NCBI GenBank assembly: GCA_943787795.1
Contig: CALSNU010000001.1
Coordinates: 416,001-480,000 of the forward strand
Direction: 5' to 3'
DNA: 64,000 nt
Source of the DNA: an uncultured bacterium
GTDB lineage: Bacteria; Planctomycetota; UBA1135; GCA-002686595
Shown: one piece after another, positions 62,733 through 64,000 of the stretch
Numbering within the stretch: position 1 is the first letter of the stretch
Layout: the number at the start of each line of letters is the position of its first letter
Made by a program: the position numbers and the translations under genes
The notes under the pieces: model-generated
Databases searched by the model: none
Told to the model about the DNA's origin: nothing
The model's input: only the letters and a program-made list of their open reading frames with translations

Positions 62733-63332
62733 TCAGAGCGGCGGGAGCTTCTTGCGCTCCAGCGGGCGGCTCTTGTCTCGCTTGCGATGCTCGCCCGGGG
62801 CGGGGACGGGGACGTGTGCGGCGGCCGGGCTCCAGAGCTGGTGGGCCAGCTTGCTGGCCTTCGACCTGCGGTTGACCGGTGCCCGATCGAGGACGCGGCC
62901 GCCTCGGCTGGAGAGCCAGCTCTCGAGCTGGTCGGCTGTGTTGGAGACGAAGACCGTGCGAGGGGTCTTGACCTCGCACGGGATAGCTCCGCTGGCCAGG
63001 ATCGAACCGGCGAGGGTCCGGTAGAGGACCTCGACGTAGACGTCCTTGGCGGTGCCAGCCACGATCGGAAAGAGCACCTCCGTATGGGGGGGCAGGCGGA
63101 GGACGCGCTGCATCCCGGACTCATCGCTCTGGAAGACGAGCCACTGATCGCTGGAGGTGTGACTTCGGGCAGCAAAGTGGGTCGGGGTGAACTGGAGGCA
63201 GGTCGGTACTTCGGAGCTTGCGATCGCCGGCGGGATCGTGTCGAAGGTCGGGACCTGGGCGGCGCCTGGGGCGGCGGGGACGCTGGCGGCGGGGAGGCCG
63301 GCGGCGACGAGGGTGAGGAGCGCGGGGAGCAT
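62733..63332 (-). CDS. secreted hypothetical protein
   Basis: Signal-peptide-like N-terminus, 199 aa, basic C-terminus. Confidence 0.65.
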   Translation of the reverse strand: MLPALLTLVAAGLPAASVPAAPGAAQVPTFDTIPPAIASSEVPTCLQFTPTHFAARSHTSSDQWLVFQSDESGMQRVLRLPPHTEVLFPIVAGTAKDVYVEVLYRTLAGSILASGAIPCEVKTPRTVFVSNTADQLESWLSSRGGRVLDRAPVNRRSKASKLAHQLWSPAAAHVPVPAPGEHRKRDKSRPLERKKLPPL

Positions 63333-63443
63333 GGCTTGCCGCCTGTATCGACCCTCGGCGACGAGGCCTTGAGGGCTCGCGCGCGCTCCTTAGAAAAATC
63401 TTCCGGTCGCGGTCGGGCGAGCCGTGGGCGGCGGCGCTGGTGC

Positions 63444-63998
63444 TCAGGGGGTGCCGAGGAGGCGGAGCGCCGCCGAATCGGCGAGCGGCGCCCCAGCCGC
63501 CGCGAGGGCGCACCGGGCGCGCCGCAGGGCCTCGGCTGGGCTGGCTCCGTTCCTCAAGGCGCCGTGGAACGCGATCGACGCGGCCCGGCCGTGACGGTCG
63601 GAAAGGGGCCACCCGGTCACCACCGTCGCGCGTGTCCCGCTGTCGAGGGCAGCCTGGGCCAGGCCTCGAGTGGAGAGCCCATCGATCGAACGACCGGCGG
63701 CGGAATCGCACGTCGCCAGGACGAGCAGTGGGAGGCGTGGCCGGACGGCGGCCAGCTCGGCGGCGGAGACGACCTCGTCCTTGGACGCGAGGAGCCCGAG
63801 CGGCGCGATCTCGGATCGGTCGCCGCGGCGCAGGGCGTGGGTCGCCACGTGTACGGGGCGCCCTCCGCCGAGGGCGTCGAGCAGGCGCGCGGCGGTGAAG
63901 GCGTGCCCCGTGACCGACTCGAACCCGGGGTGCAGCCGCTCCAGGTCGCGTAGCTCCCGGCGCGCCCACTTGAGGTCGGCGGCGGCGGTGTTCTCGGG
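63444..63998 (-). CDS. CHAT-domain (caspase-like) protein, C-terminal part (5'-partial)
   Basis: Frame is open to the window end: DLKWARRE, HVATHA, LVLATCDS, GLAQAAL..G...VV..W. Confidence 0.85.
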   Translation of the reverse strand, partial: PENTAAADLKWARRELRDLERLHPGFESVTGHAFTAARLLDALGGGRPVHVATHALRRGDRSEIAPLGLLASKDEVVSAAELAAVRPRLPLLVLATCDSAAGRSIDGLSTRGLAQAALDSGTRATVVTGWPLSDRHGRAASIAFHGALRNGASPAEALRRARCALAAAGAPLADSAALRLLGTP

Positions 63999-64000
63999 AG

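Overview
A very GC-rich bacterial chromosomal segment with about 54 protein-coding genes and one tRNA-Pro(GGG). The gene mix (sulfatase, DUF1080, PhoD, FG-GAP, prepilin-like, acidobacterial-type PadR, CHAT) is consistent with a Planctomycetota-like organism, but that is inference. Housekeeping and metabolic genes include gpsA, ppc, a waaF-like GT9, gcvP, nadE, mutM, an EfpL/YeiP-type elongation factor, yhhQ, slyD, speA, an M17 aminopeptidase and a MoxR-DUF58-transglutaminase triad. I found no integrase, transposase, rRNA or CRISPR array. The most interesting observations are: (1) a co-oriented locus of three minor-pilin-like genes, a HEAT protein, a HAMP protein, a sensor kinase and a receiver-kinase hybrid lacking the canonical phospho-His; (2) a NUDIX / Gfo-Idh-MocA / radical SAM / GT9 / ppc run that may encode sugar tailoring; (3) twin CCTAG-N5-CTAGG palindromes upstream of a PadR cassette; (4) TANNNT boxes 6-8 nt before many start codons, suggesting leaderless transcripts; (5) an NPEPL1-like aminopeptidase; (6) many short tandem duplications; (7) three single-base frameshifts in G/C runs that are probably sequencing errors. 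All family assignments come from motif recognition by eye, without database searches.
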